Shown: positions 46,740 to 55,779 of the stretch, piece by piece
Position numbering within the stretch: the first letter of the stretch is position 1
Layout of the letters: every line of letters starts with the position of its first letter
NCBI GenBank assembly: GCA_964398655.1
Contig: CAYNNG010000010.1
Location: 1 to 55,779 of the forward strand
From: an uncultured Oscillospiraceae bacterium
GTDB taxonomy: Bacteria > Bacillota > Clostridia > Saccharofermentanales > DTU023
Length of the DNA stretch: 55,779 bases
Direction of reading: 5' to 3'
Position numbers and translations under genes: made by a program
The notes under the pieces: model-generated
What the model saw: only the letters and a program-made list of their open reading frames with translations
Database searches by the model: none
Told to the model about the DNA's origin: nothing

Positions 46740-48302
46740 ATGTCAAATTACCAAGTTCAAAGAGTTGATTATCTTAATCAAGAAGCCTATAAAACTGATT
46801 TTCGCCTCTGGCTGCAAGACTATGAATTGAGCCAGGGACAGGGTTTGCGTTATTTTATCCAAACCTTTGGCTGCCAGCAAAATGAGGCAGACAGTGAAAG
46901 AATACGCGGTATTTTAGAGGATCTAGGGCTAGAGGCAGGGCAGGGCTACGAAGATGCTGACCTGGTCCTAATTAATACCTGTTCCATTAGGGAAAATGCA
47001 GACCAGCGCCTTTTTGGCCACCTGGGCGAACTGAAAGCCTTGAGGACTAAACGCCCTCAGCTCAAGGTAGCGGTGTGTGGCTGTCTGCCTACACAGGAGG
47101 AGCAAAACGCCAAGATACGTGAGTCTTTCTCCTTTGTTAACCTGCTCATGGGCCCTCAGGACATCCAGCGTCTGCCAGAGCTCCTTTTAGCCATTTTTCG
47201 TGATCAAAAGAAGCTGAATGCGGTTAGCAAAGACAACGTCGTGGCTGAAGGGCTGCCGGTCATCCGTGAGCGGAAATTCCGCGCTTTAGTTTCTATCATG
47301 TACGGCTGCAATAATTTCTGCTCTTATTGCATGGTGCCTTCCGCCCGTGAACGCGAGCGTTCACGTTTAGCCTCAGATATTTTGGCAGAATGTAGGGAAG
47401 TGGCGGCCCAGGGTATCCCGGAAGTTATGCTCTTGGGCCAAAATGTTAATGCTTGGGGCTTTGACCTCTTTGCTCCCGAAAAACGGGAACTCCGCCCTTT
47501 AAGTTACAGCAATCAAGAGCTGGCTAAGCTAGAGGCCTTGAGAGCCGGTAAGCTCGGCGCTGAGGAGGTTTTAAGCTTTCCGCAATTGCTGGCCGCTATT
47601 AGCTCTATCCCGGGAATTAAATCCATACGCTATATGTCACCTCATCCGCGAGACTTTGCAGGTGAGATGCTGGCCGCTTTAAAAGTTGTTTCGGAAATTG
47701 CTAACCATGTGCATCTGCCGGTGCAATCAGGTTCTGATCATGTGCTCAAGGATATGAACCGGCACTATGACCGAAACCGTTATCTAGCGATTGTGGAAGG
47801 CATACGCCAAGTTAGGCCGGGAGTCTCCATTAGCACCGATATCATGGTGGGCTTCCCCGGGGAGAGCGAGGCAGACTTTGAAGCCACCTTGGACCTGGTG
47901 GAGCAGGCCAAATTTTCCTCGGCTTTTAGCTTTATTTACTCACCACGTCCCGGAACACGTGCTGCAGCCTGGCCTCAGGTGCCTAGTGAAGTCCAGCATA
48001 AACGCTTTGACCGTCTCCTGGAAGTACTAAACCGTTTATCTCTGGCCGAACACCAGGCAATCTTAGGCACAGAAAGGCTAGTGCTTCTAGAAGGCGTATC
48101 TAAGGGAGACCCTATGGTATTGACCGGACGCGATTCTGAGTTCCATTTGATTAATGTTAACCTTCCAGCGAATTTGGACCTGCCTCCAGCAGCTTATGCC
48201 GCTGAAGGTCAACTGAGCCAGGATTATTTCGAAGGACGATTTGTTCCTGTGCGGATCAGCCTGGCCAAGACTTTTTCCTTGGAGGCTGAACTCCTTGCCT
48301 GA
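46740..48302 (+). CDS. miaB: tRNA-i6A37 methylthiotransferase MiaB
   Basis: UPF0004 domain cysteines (TFGCQQNE...NTCSIRE...GC), radical-SAM CNNFCSYC, and a TRAM-like C-terminus. The start has no clear SD. Confidence 0.88.
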   Translation: MSNYQVQRVDYLNQEAYKTDFRLWLQDYELSQGQGLRYFIQTFGCQQNEADSERIRGILEDLGLEAGQGYEDADLVLINTCSIRENADQRLFGHLGELKALRTKRPQLKVAVCGCLPTQEEQNAKIRESFSFVNLLMGPQDIQRLPELLLAIFRDQKKLNAVSKDNVVAEGLPVIRERKFRALVSIMYGCNNFCSYCMVPSARERERSRLASDILAECREVAAQGIPEVMLLGQNVNAWGFDLFAPEKRELRPLSYSNQELAKLEALRAGKLGAEEVLSFPQLLAAISSIPGIKSIRYMSPHPRDFAGEMLAALKVVSEIANHVHLPVQSGSDHVLKDMNRHYDRNRYLAIVEGIRQVRPGVSISTDIMVGFPGESEADFEATLDLVEQAKFSSAFSFIYSPRPGTRAAAWPQVPSEVQHKRFDRLLEVLNRLSLAEHQAILGTERLVLLEGVSKGDPMVLTGRDSEFHLINVNLPANLDLPPAAYAAEGQLSQDYFEGRFVPVRISLAKTFSLEAELLA

Positions 48303-48351
48303 AGATAAGCTGCTCACCTATGACCAAATAGATCGTAAGGCCATCACGCCC

Positions 48352-50940
48352 ATGATGGAGCAATACCTGGCTCTTAAAGCAGGCCAGCAGGATGCCTACC
48401 TGTTTTTCCGCTTGGGTGACTTTTACGAGCTCTTTTTTGATGATGCTATTGAAGTTTCAAAAATTTTGGGCCTAGCCCTCACGGGCAGAGATTGTGGCCT
48501 TGCGACCCGAGCACCCATGTGTGGTATACCCTACCACGCAGCAGAATCCTATATAGCCAGGCTCCTGGAAAGAGGGCACAAGGTTGCCATCGCAGAGCAG
48601 GTTGAAGATCCTAAAGAAGCTACAGGTCTAGTAGAAAGGCAGATCATCCGCGTAGTTAGCCCCGGGACCATCATTGATCCCGACCAGCTGGATGCCCTTA
48701 GTTATTCCTATATTGCCTGTGTCTACCAGCAAGAGTCTTACTATGGCTTAGCCTACGCAGATATCTCAGCCTCAAGGTTTGCTAACAGTAATATTATTTT
48801 TGGGCAGACCCAGCATAAGCTGCTGGATGAGCTGAGCCGGATTAGGCCGCAAGAAATTGTTTGCAATTCTGAATTTTTCTACTCGGAGACCTGTGCCAAC
48901 TATCTGGCCACTAAGCAGGTTAGCTTATCTTGCCTTGACGCGGAGGCATTTGGCCCCAGGGCCAGGCAAAAGTACCAAGTGGAAGCGGGAGAAGAAGCTG
49001 ACTTAGCTGCCAGCGCCCTCACAGGTTTATTAAGCTATCTGGCTGACCAAGCCTTTGTTTTGCCTGAGCCCTTACCGCCTGTTGAAAGCTACCAACTAGA
49101 AGCCTATATGGTCCTAGACCGCACTGCCCGCAGGCATTTAGAAATTACGGAGACCATCAGGACCAGAGAACGCCGAGGCAGTCTGCTTTGGGCATTGGAT
49201 AATTGTGAGACCAGCATGGGTTCTCGCCTCTTGCAGTCTTTTCTTAGTCAGCCCCTGCTCAATATTAAAGAAATTGAATGGCGTCAAGCCTGTATTCAAG
49301 CCTTTAAGGATGACTTCGTATTACGCTCAGAAGTGCGCAAAGTCTTGGCAGGGGTATACGACTTGGAAAGGTTGGCAGGGCGTTTAGCCTTGGCCTCAGC
49401 TAATCCTAGAGATGTCTACGCGGTGGGTAGAATTCAGGCTAAAATCCCGGAACTCCAAAAGCTCCTGAAACAGCTTAAGGATCCTAACCTAGATGCTCTT
49501 GCGGATAAACTAGACCCCCTAACGGAGATCAGTCAGGAAATCCTGACCAAAATGCGAGAAGATCTCCCTATCCGACTCAACGAAGGGGGAATTTTCCTTG
49601 AGGGTGCAGACCCTAATTTAGATGAATTGCGCCAAGCTGCCCAGCATGGCTCTGATTGGCTGCTAGATTTCGAGAATTCTGAACGCGAACGCACGGGCAT
49701 AAAAAATCTGAGACTTAAATACAACCGTGTTTTTGGCTATACCATTGAAGTCTCTAAATCTAATTTAGATAGAATACCCGAAGATTATATCCGCCGTCAG
49801 ACCCTAGCTAACTCTGAGCGTTTTTACACGCCAGAGCTCAAAGCCATGGAAGAACGGATACTGGGGGCTGAACAAAAAATACTGAGACTCGAGCAAGAAC
49901 TCTTTCTGGATCTCCGTAACCGCCTGAGTGTGTCTTTGCCAGCTTTACAGCAAAACGCGCAGGTTCTTGCCCTCTTAGACCTCTTCGCCGGTCAGGCAGA
50001 CTTAGCCGCCAAACAAAATTTCTGCCGCCCAAAATTGCTAGACCTTCCGGTTTGGGACATTAAAGCAGGACGACACCCGGTAGTAGAGAAGATTTTAAAA
50101 AAAGGCGAATTTGTGCCTAATGACCTTTATCTTGACCGGGCTGATAAACAACTGATGATCCTTACCGGACCTAATATGGCGGGTAAGTCAACCTATATGC
50201 GCCAAAATGCCCTAATTGTGATCATGGCTCAAGCTGGCCTCTTCGTACCAGCCAGCTCTGCCAGCATCGGCTTGGTGGACCGCATTTTTACCAGGGTAGG
50301 GGCCTCGGACGACCTGGCCAGCGGTCAGTCTACCTTCATGATTGAAATGAATGAAGTCTCACAAATCCTGAGGGAAGCTAGCCCCCGCAGTCTCTTGATT
50401 TTAGACGAGATTGGCCGTGGCACCTCTACTTGGGATGGGCTTTCCATAGCCTGGTCGGTTATAGAACATGTCGCCAATCCAGACTTCTTGGGCTGTCCCT
50501 GCCTGTTTGCTACCCACTATCACGAGTTGACTGAACTTGCCGGTAGCTTACCGGGAGTCTTTAATGCTCATGTAGATATTGTGCGGGACAAGGACCAGCT
50601 GGAATTCCTCCACCAGATCAAATTAGGGGCTTCTGATCATTCCTACGGCATTGAAGTAGCAAAACTGGCTAACGTACCAGATGAAGTAATCAGCCGAGCC
50701 CGAGAGATTCTGCGGATGCTGGAAGAAGAAAACCAGGGCCAACGTCTGAAGATTCGCAAGGCTTCGCAGCCCATGGAAGGCCAGATTGACCTTTTCTCCG
50801 CTGCCCAAGCCTGGCAGGGCGGAGAAGAGCTCATAGACGCCTTGTTAGACCTTGATATTAATATGCTAAGGCCCTTAGATGCCTTGGCTAAGCTCTCAGA
50901 CCTGCAAAATTTAGCTAAAAAGCTTAAGGATAGAAAATGA
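48352..50940 (+). CDS. mutS: DNA mismatch repair protein MutS
   Basis: N-terminal TPMMEQYL...FYELFFDDA, Walker A GPNMAGKST, DEIGRGTST. The start is uncertain: the first in-frame ATG after the miaB stop is 48352, and the frame is open from 48241. Confidence 0.9.
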   Translation: MMEQYLALKAGQQDAYLFFRLGDFYELFFDDAIEVSKILGLALTGRDCGLATRAPMCGIPYHAAESYIARLLERGHKVAIAEQVEDPKEATGLVERQIIRVVSPGTIIDPDQLDALSYSYIACVYQQESYYGLAYADISASRFANSNIIFGQTQHKLLDELSRIRPQEIVCNSEFFYSETCANYLATKQVSLSCLDAEAFGPRARQKYQVEAGEEADLAASALTGLLSYLADQAFVLPEPLPPVESYQLEAYMVLDRTARRHLEITETIRTRERRGSLLWALDNCETSMGSRLLQSFLSQPLLNIKEIEWRQACIQAFKDDFVLRSEVRKVLAGVYDLERLAGRLALASANPRDVYAVGRIQAKIPELQKLLKQLKDPNLDALADKLDPLTEISQEILTKMREDLPIRLNEGGIFLEGADPNLDELRQAAQHGSDWLLDFENSERERTGIKNLRLKYNRVFGYTIEVSKSNLDRIPEDYIRRQTLANSERFYTPELKAMEERILGAEQKILRLEQELFLDLRNRLSVSLPALQQNAQVLALLDLFAGQADLAAKQNFCRPKLLDLPVWDIKAGRHPVVEKILKKGEFVPNDLYLDRADKQLMILTGPNMAGKSTYMRQNALIVIMAQAGLFVPASSASIGLVDRIFTRVGASDDLASGQSTFMIEMNEVSQILREASPRSLLILDEIGRGTSTWDGLSIAWSVIEHVANPDFLGCPCLFATHYHELTELAGSLPGVFNAHVDIVRDKDQLEFLHQIKLGASDHSYGIEVAKLANVPDEVISRAREILRMLEEENQGQRLKIRKASQPMEGQIDLFSAAQAWQGGEELIDALLDLDINMLRPLDALAKLSDLQNLAKKLKDRK

Positions 50941-52991
50941 TTCATATTCTAGATCAAGTCACCGCGAACGGAATTGCGGCTGGTGAAGTTATTGAAAGGC
51001 CTGCCTCTGTAGTTAAGGAGTTGGTAGAAAACGCCTTGGATGCGGGAGCCAGCCGCCTAGCAATTGAAATAGCCCAAGGCGGGATCAAATTAATCCGCGT
51101 AGCGGATAATGGCTCCGGTATGGAAACTTCAGATGCCAAGCTCGCCTTTGCTCGCCACGCCACTAGTAAAATTCAAAGACTCCAGGACCTAGATACCCTC
51201 TCCTCCATGGGTTTTCGCGGAGAGGCTCTGGCTTCCATCGCCGCGGTTTCACGCGTAAGCCTTTTAACGAGGACTTTAACACAGGAGCAAGGTTATTTTT
51301 TGCAGCTTGAAGCAGGCCAAGTTTTAGAGGAAGGACCCAAAGCCGCTAATATAGGATCAATATTTGAAGTCAGAGATCTATTTTTTAATACTCCTGCCCG
51401 CTATAAATTTCTCAAAAGAGACTCTACCGAAGCAGCCTATGTGCAAGATTTGGTCGAGAAATTCAGCTTCAGCCGGCCCGATATTGCTTTTTCCTTGATG
51501 AAGGATGGGACCCAAAGTTTTATTAGCCCAGGAGATGGCAAGTTACTGTCCGCCATCTATACAGTATGGGGCAGCGAAAGCGCGGAAGCAGCACTTGCTT
51601 TAGACAATGAGTTTGAAGGTATAAGGCTTCAAGGGTATATAAGCAAATCTTCTCATAGCAGAAAAAACCGGTCCAGACAAATTTTTCTGGTAAATGGCCG
51701 CATCATTCATTCGCTCTTGCTGAGGACCGCCATAGACAAGGCTATCCAAGGACATTTTGTCAAAGGGAACTTTCCTGAACTCATTCTAAAGATAGATATG
51801 CCCGCTACTATGGTAGATGTAAATGTTCATCCTCAGAAGACGGAAGTCCGCTTTGCCGATGAGCAGAAAGTTTTCCGTGCAGTTTATCACACCCTGCAAG
51901 CTTGTCTTGCTGCTCATACCGGAATTAAAGATATATCCTCGTCTTCGCAGCTTCCAGATCTCGCAGACGCAACCAGTCCACATAAACAAGCGCCTAAGGG
52001 CTCAGCCCCTAGCATGCAGCCGAGTCTAGAAAGGGAGAACTCGCAGACTATTCCTAGACAAACTCAGCTGCAAATGCAGGACTTAATCACCTCAGCACCA
52101 GATGTGAATGAAAGTAGTGATGAAGTGAGGTCAGAACATGCTAGCTACTCTGAAGATGGCCAGCATCATATCAGTACAAGCGATCAAAGTCGTTATAACC
52201 ACAGTTCTGACCCTGCTTTTCCGTTCTCTAATCAGCTTGCAGATGGCCGTACTAAGGCTAAACCTGAAGAGGCTCTGCAAAATTCTAGCTCTGCCTACCA
52301 AGAACGACTTGCGCCCCAAGAGCAGGCAGCCGTTTTTGCAGAGGCTAAGGCTAACTCTGGTTACCAAGCTGGACTAGACCAGCTAAGACCAGACTTGCAG
52401 GAGTTAGCTTCCGCCAGAATTATCGGACAAGTTTTTAACACCTATCTCTTGTTGGAAGCTGGCGATAACCTTCTCATGATTGACCAACACGCTGCCCATG
52501 AGCGTATTCTCTATGAAAAACTGCGCGCCGAGCGTCAGCAATTCGCTCTTGAAGCTCCTAGTCAAAGCTTGCTCCAGCCCTTGAGCCTAAAATTTAGTCC
52601 CTTGGAAATTACTCATGCCCTTGAGCAAGCAGAGGATATTCGTAGAATGGGCTTTGATTTCGAGGAATTCGGTCAAGATTGTTTGGTCCTGCGGGCCATT
52701 CCCGTGGAGTTTAGCCATGCCGGCCTTAACGCGGAATCTGCCTTTCGCGCGATCGTAGAAGAGGCTGGGCAGCGCCGTTTAGATGAGGAAGAGCGTCTGG
52801 ATGAAATCCTCCATACTACAGCTTGTAAAGCGGCAGTAAAGGCCCATGATATTCTCTCTTTACATGAAATGCAAAAACTCCTGCAAGACCTCTTGCAGTT
52901 AGAAGATCCCTTTCACTGTCCTCATGGCCGTCCTGTGATTCTCCGCTTAGCGGCCACAGACATTGAGAAATTCTTCAATCGTATTGTTTAA
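50937..52991 (+). CDS. mutL: DNA mismatch repair protein MutL
   Basis: GHKL ATPase N-terminus (IAAGEVIERPASVVKELVENALDAG, DNGSGM), a long low-complexity linker, and C-terminal motifs QHAAHERILYE and CPHGRP. Confidence 0.93.
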   Translation: MIHILDQVTANGIAAGEVIERPASVVKELVENALDAGASRLAIEIAQGGIKLIRVADNGSGMETSDAKLAFARHATSKIQRLQDLDTLSSMGFRGEALASIAAVSRVSLLTRTLTQEQGYFLQLEAGQVLEEGPKAANIGSIFEVRDLFFNTPARYKFLKRDSTEAAYVQDLVEKFSFSRPDIAFSLMKDGTQSFISPGDGKLLSAIYTVWGSESAEAALALDNEFEGIRLQGYISKSSHSRKNRSRQIFLVNGRIIHSLLLRTAIDKAIQGHFVKGNFPELILKIDMPATMVDVNVHPQKTEVRFADEQKVFRAVYHTLQACLAAHTGIKDISSSSQLPDLADATSPHKQAPKGSAPSMQPSLERENSQTIPRQTQLQMQDLITSAPDVNESSDEVRSEHASYSEDGQHHISTSDQSRYNHSSDPAFPFSNQLADGRTKAKPEEALQNSSSAYQERLAPQEQAAVFAEAKANSGYQAGLDQLRPDLQELASARIIGQVFNTYLLLEAGDNLLMIDQHAAHERILYEKLRAERQQFALEAPSQSLLQPLSLKFSPLEITHALEQAEDIRRMGFDFEEFGQDCLVLRAIPVEFSHAGLNAESAFRAIVEEAGQRRLDEEERLDEILHTTACKAAVKAHDILSLHEMQKLLQDLLQLEDPFHCPHGRPVILRLAATDIEKFFNRIV

Positions 52992-53017
52992 GTCCTAGGA
53001 ATAGAGAGTCAGGAACT

Positions 53018-53977
53018 ATGCCTAACTACCTCCGCAACGCCCCCGTACTTGTTTTAACCGGCCCCACTGCCTCGGGGAAATCTGGTTTGGCCATACGCTT
53101 AGCCCAGGCCTTAGAGGGGGAAATTATCTCTGCCGACTCCATGCAGATCTACCGCGGACTAGACATTGGTACGGCCAAGGTTGACGGTTCTGAACAAGGC
53201 GGAATAGTCCACCATTTATATGATATTCGCAATCCTTTGGACCGGTATTCTGTTGCTGACTTTGTCGAAGAAAGTACACAGATAATATGTGAAGTTGTGG
53301 ACCGCGGTAAGCAGCCCATAATTTGCGGAGGTACCGGACAATTCGTCTCAGCTCTGGTGGATGGTCTGCAGTTTATCAATGAAGATTTTGACCCTGAGCT
53401 TAGAGCCCTCTTAACTCGGCATATTGCCCACTGGGGAAGCATTGCTGCCCACGAGAGGCTCAGCAATCTGGACCCTGATTCCGGCCAGCGCATTGAAAAA
53501 ACCGACCTCAAACGCATCGTACGCTTTTTTGAAGTCTATTGTAAGACAGGCTTAACTAGCTCTGAGGTTTATCGCTATTCCCGTGAAAAGGGGCCAGACT
53601 TTCCTTTCGTTAATTATGTCCTGTGGCCAGACCGGCAGGTACTCTATGCGAGAATTGAGCAAAGAGTGGAAAACATGTTTAAGCAGGGGATAGTTGAAGA
53701 ACTGATGCAGGTCCTGGACCGTTATCCCGACTTTCCCAATTCTCAGGCTTTTCAAGCAATTGCTTATAAAGAAATTTACTCCTACCTGCAGGGAGAGGAA
53801 AGCAGGGAAGAGGCTATGGCAAACTTGGCCCAAGCCAGTAGACGCTATGCCAAACGTCAACTCACCTATTTCCGCCAGCGTGAAGATTTTCTCAAAATTA
53901 CAGAACTTGATCCGGACAAAGCCTACCAAAAAATCTTAGAAGATTTCAAAGCTCAAAGTGCACAAGCAAGCAAATAA
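53018..53977 (+). CDS. miaA: tRNA dimethylallyltransferase
   Basis: P-loop GPTASGKS, DSMQIYRGLDIGTAK, and the C-terminal TRRYAKRQLTYF. Confidence 0.93.
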   Translation: MPNYLRNAPVLVLTGPTASGKSGLAIRLAQALEGEIISADSMQIYRGLDIGTAKVDGSEQGGIVHHLYDIRNPLDRYSVADFVEESTQIICEVVDRGKQPIICGGTGQFVSALVDGLQFINEDFDPELRALLTRHIAHWGSIAAHERLSNLDPDSGQRIEKTDLKRIVRFFEVYCKTGLTSSEVYRYSREKGPDFPFVNYVLWPDRQVLYARIEQRVENMFKQGIVEELMQVLDRYPDFPNSQAFQAIAYKEIYSYLQGEESREEAMANLAQASRRYAKRQLTYFRQREDFLKITELDPDKAYQKILEDFKAQSAQASK

Positions 53978-54015
53978 CAGGCAATCTGCTAATTACCCTG
54001 ACAGGAGGAGTCAAG

Positions 54016-54333
54016 ATGGATACACAGAAACAACAAGAGACCCTAGAACGGATTAAAACAATGGAAGACAAGTCCCAGGGACTAGATGAAAGCCTGGGGA
54101 CTCTAGCTAGAGCTTTAACTCAGGTCCAAAACCAGCTGCCAGCGTATCAGGAGCTCAATGATTATTATTATAGCGAGAACTGGGAACATGACCGAGCATT
54201 CTCGGACAGCCCTGCTTTCCCTCAGGACATAACTTGTGGCGTCTTAAGTGAAGATCAAATCTACAACCTGTTGGGAGACGCCCACAGCGCTGCCTTACAA
54301 ATGCTGGAGATCGCCTTAACCTTGCTCAAGTAG
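54016..54333 (+). CDS. small hypothetical helical protein
   Basis: 105 aa, GGAGG upstream, predicted helical N-terminus and a conserved-looking YYYSENWEHD...GVLSEDQIYNLL segment. Family not confidently recognised. Confidence 0.55.
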   Translation: MDTQKQQETLERIKTMEDKSQGLDESLGTLARALTQVQNQLPAYQELNDYYYSENWEHDRAFSDSPAFPQDITCGVLSEDQIYNLLGDAHSAALQMLEIALTLLK

Positions 54334-54496
54334 GACCAGCTTTTTTCTCTTTGAACTAATTCGACAAAATACCTGGATTTCCCAAAATTCACTCCAGTTT
54401 CTTACTTTATGCTAGAAGTAAGCATACAGATAGCCACTTTAATTTCCTTGGGAAAGTTAGGGTGAGTTTAATGATTAGTTGTGAAGGAGTATAGAG

Positions 54497-54958
54497 ATGT
54501 CAGCAGAAGAGCGTTATTATTTTAAGGATAAAGAGGGCAAGATGCAGCGCTTAGATTGGCAGCCAGAGCGGGATACCTGGCCTTATGGTTCTTCAGGCTA
54601 TCGTTATCCCCAAAAAGGAAAGTATAGAGGCCGCAAGAACTGGTCTGAGTCTTCAGATGACTACTACCGATCAGGTAAAAATCCTAGTCTGTCTCAAGGC
54701 AGCAAGATTCAAGAACTATTCTTAAATTACTGTCGAAAAAATAGGGTCTTGGTAGAAGTCAGTTACGCCCCTCAAGAAACCCTGCAAGGTTATATCTTAG
54801 GTTTTGACCAGGAGTCCATCATCCTGGAGGTAGAGCACATGCAGCATTTGCTCTACAAGGCAGCCCTGCAATCTGTCTTGCCCTTAGATGAAGAACACAC
54901 CCGTATTCTCACAGACGATCCCGTGGTCCTTGCTAGGTCATATAAACCCTTTGCTTAA
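54497..54958 (+). CDS. hfq: Hfq-like RNA chaperone with long N-terminal extension
   Basis: The Sm core, residues about 72-130 (IQELFLNYCRKNRVLVEVSY...LQGYILGFDQESIILE...LLYKAALQSVLP), aligns with Hfq Sm1/Sm2. GAAGGAG lies upstream of the ATG. Canonical position after miaA. Confidence 0.8.
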   Translation: MSAEERYYFKDKEGKMQRLDWQPERDTWPYGSSGYRYPQKGKYRGRKNWSESSDDYYRSGKNPSLSQGSKIQELFLNYCRKNRVLVEVSYAPQETLQGYILGFDQESIILEVEHMQHLLYKAALQSVLPLDEEHTRILTDDPVVLARSYKPFA

Positions 54959-54984
54959 CCAGGCAGTTCAGTTACAACCACCCT

Positions 54985-55779
54985 TTATGACGCAATCCAT
55001 ACCCCAAATTTCTGATAGTACTTTTGTTTGGTAAATTCCAAAGACAGAGCATAAAGGACAATCAGGGCAAGCAGTATCCATATAAATCTTAGAGGTAAGA
55101 CACCCATATCAAAGGCTGTAGCCAAGGGGAGAAAGGCTATGCTGAGGGTTGCAGCAGCTGCGACTAAGCTACTCCAAATAAGTGGTACTGAAGGAACCTT
55201 TCTGGTACTTTTATCCCAGATGGGCCTTAGACTACGGATAACATGGATAATCATGATCTGCGAGCAGGTACCAAAGGCAAACCAGCCCGCATGAAAGAGG
55301 GGCATGGTCGCCGCGGAATTCCAGCCCATTGGATAGTACATGAGCAGGAAGCAGAGAATATCAAAAATGGAACTCAGGGGCCCCATGACTAGCATAAACC
55401 TTAAAATAGAGCGGGTATTCCAGCTCTGAGGCTTAGCCAAATAATCATCATCTACATTATCAAAGGACATGCCTAAGGTAGACAAGTCACAAATGAGATT
55501 TTGGGTCAAGATGTGCAAGGGAAGCATGGGGAGGAAGGGGAGGAACAGGCCTGCAATAATCATGGAGATCATATTCCCTAAGTTACCGCTGGTAGCCATC
55601 ACAATGTATTTCATCACATTACCGAAGGTTTGACGCCCCGTAACAATACCATGCTCTAAAACCATCAGATCTTTTTCCAAAAGGATAATATCCGCGGTCT
55701 CTTTTGCAATGTCATGCTCATCACCTACAGAAAAAACATTGTCTGACTTAAGCTGATTCTTCTGGGCCACGCCCAGCAT
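54985..55779 (-). CDS. mgtA: C-terminal portion of an Mg2+-transporting P-type ATPase (MgtA/MgtB-like); partial or truncated at window edge
   Basis: ETADIILLEKDLMVLEHGIVTGRQTFGNVMKYI, LPFLPMLPLHILTQNL and FDNVDDDYLAKPQSWN match the MgtA C-terminal TM bundle. The frame runs to the last base of the window. Confidence 0.75.
   Translation of the reverse strand: MLGVAQKNQLKSDNVFSVGDEHDIAKETADIILLEKDLMVLEHGIVTGRQTFGNVMKYIVMATSGNLGNMISMIIAGLFLPFLPMLPLHILTQNLICDLSTLGMSFDNVDDDYLAKPQSWNTRSILRFMLVMGPLSSIFDILCFLLMYYPMGWNSAATMPLFHAGWFAFGTCSQIMIIHVIRSLRPIWDKSTRKVPSVPLIWSSLVAAAATLSIAFLPLATAFDMGVLPLRFIWILLALIVLYALSLEFTKQKYYQKFGVWIAS

Noticed and set aside
53149-53929. Two antisense ORFs of 122 and 125 aa within miaA. 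Similar antisense ORFs of 100-115 aa occur in ord, oraS/oraE, pyrK/pyrD, moxR and oppB.
   Set aside because: They have no SD sequences, show low-complexity or Arg/Ser-rich composition typical of antisense frames, and are fully embedded in well-supported genes.

Overview
This window looks like a core chromosomal region of a Firmicutes (Clostridia-like) genome at roughly 48-50% GC. The placement rests on the dnaG-sigA-trmK and miaB-mutS-mutL-miaA-hfq gene orders and on a type A RNase P RNA.

Gene content, in order:
- yajC, dnaG, sigA, trmK, rnpB, a YfhO-family membrane protein and a dCMP deaminase.
- On the minus strand, an OmpR-type response regulator, a histidine kinase and an rluF-like gene.
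- An RluA-family pseudouridine synthase and a hexapeptide-repeat protein.
- metNIQ behind a structured leader that ends in a terminator.
- A three-gene tRNA operon (CAU, Tyr, Pro) and a separate tRNA-Leu.
- A CofE-like protein paired with a Gate-domain membrane protein.
- A complete oxidative L-ornithine degradation cluster: ord fused to ortA, ortB, oraS, oraE, a MutL-like reactivase and orr, followed by alr.
- pyrC-pyrF-pyrK-pyrD.
- A divergent PyrE-like gene that appears to head an operon with an orphan 2-TM protein, a MoxR ATPase, a DUF58 protein and a membrane transglutaminase.
- A split chrA pair, oppBCDFA, a small hypothetical gene between miaA and hfq, and the 3' part of an mgtA-like gene.

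I found no CRISPR array, transposase, integrase, prophage or recognisable defence genes, so this is not an obvious accessory island. I cannot point to an unmistakable new multi-gene system.

The observations most worth a second look are:
- An OppA-type binding protein whose canonical C-terminal module sits at the N-terminus (apparent circular permutation) and which lacks a lipobox.
- An Ord-OrtA fusion polypeptide.
- An Hfq with a roughly 70-aa Tyr/Arg/Gly/Ser-rich N-terminal extension.
- A PRTase-like protein with a degenerate PRPP loop linked to the MoxR/DUF58/transglutaminase genes.
- A metNIQ leader that fits neither the S-box nor the T-box core as far as I can read it.

All domain calls come from reading motifs in the supplied translations. 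No database search was run.
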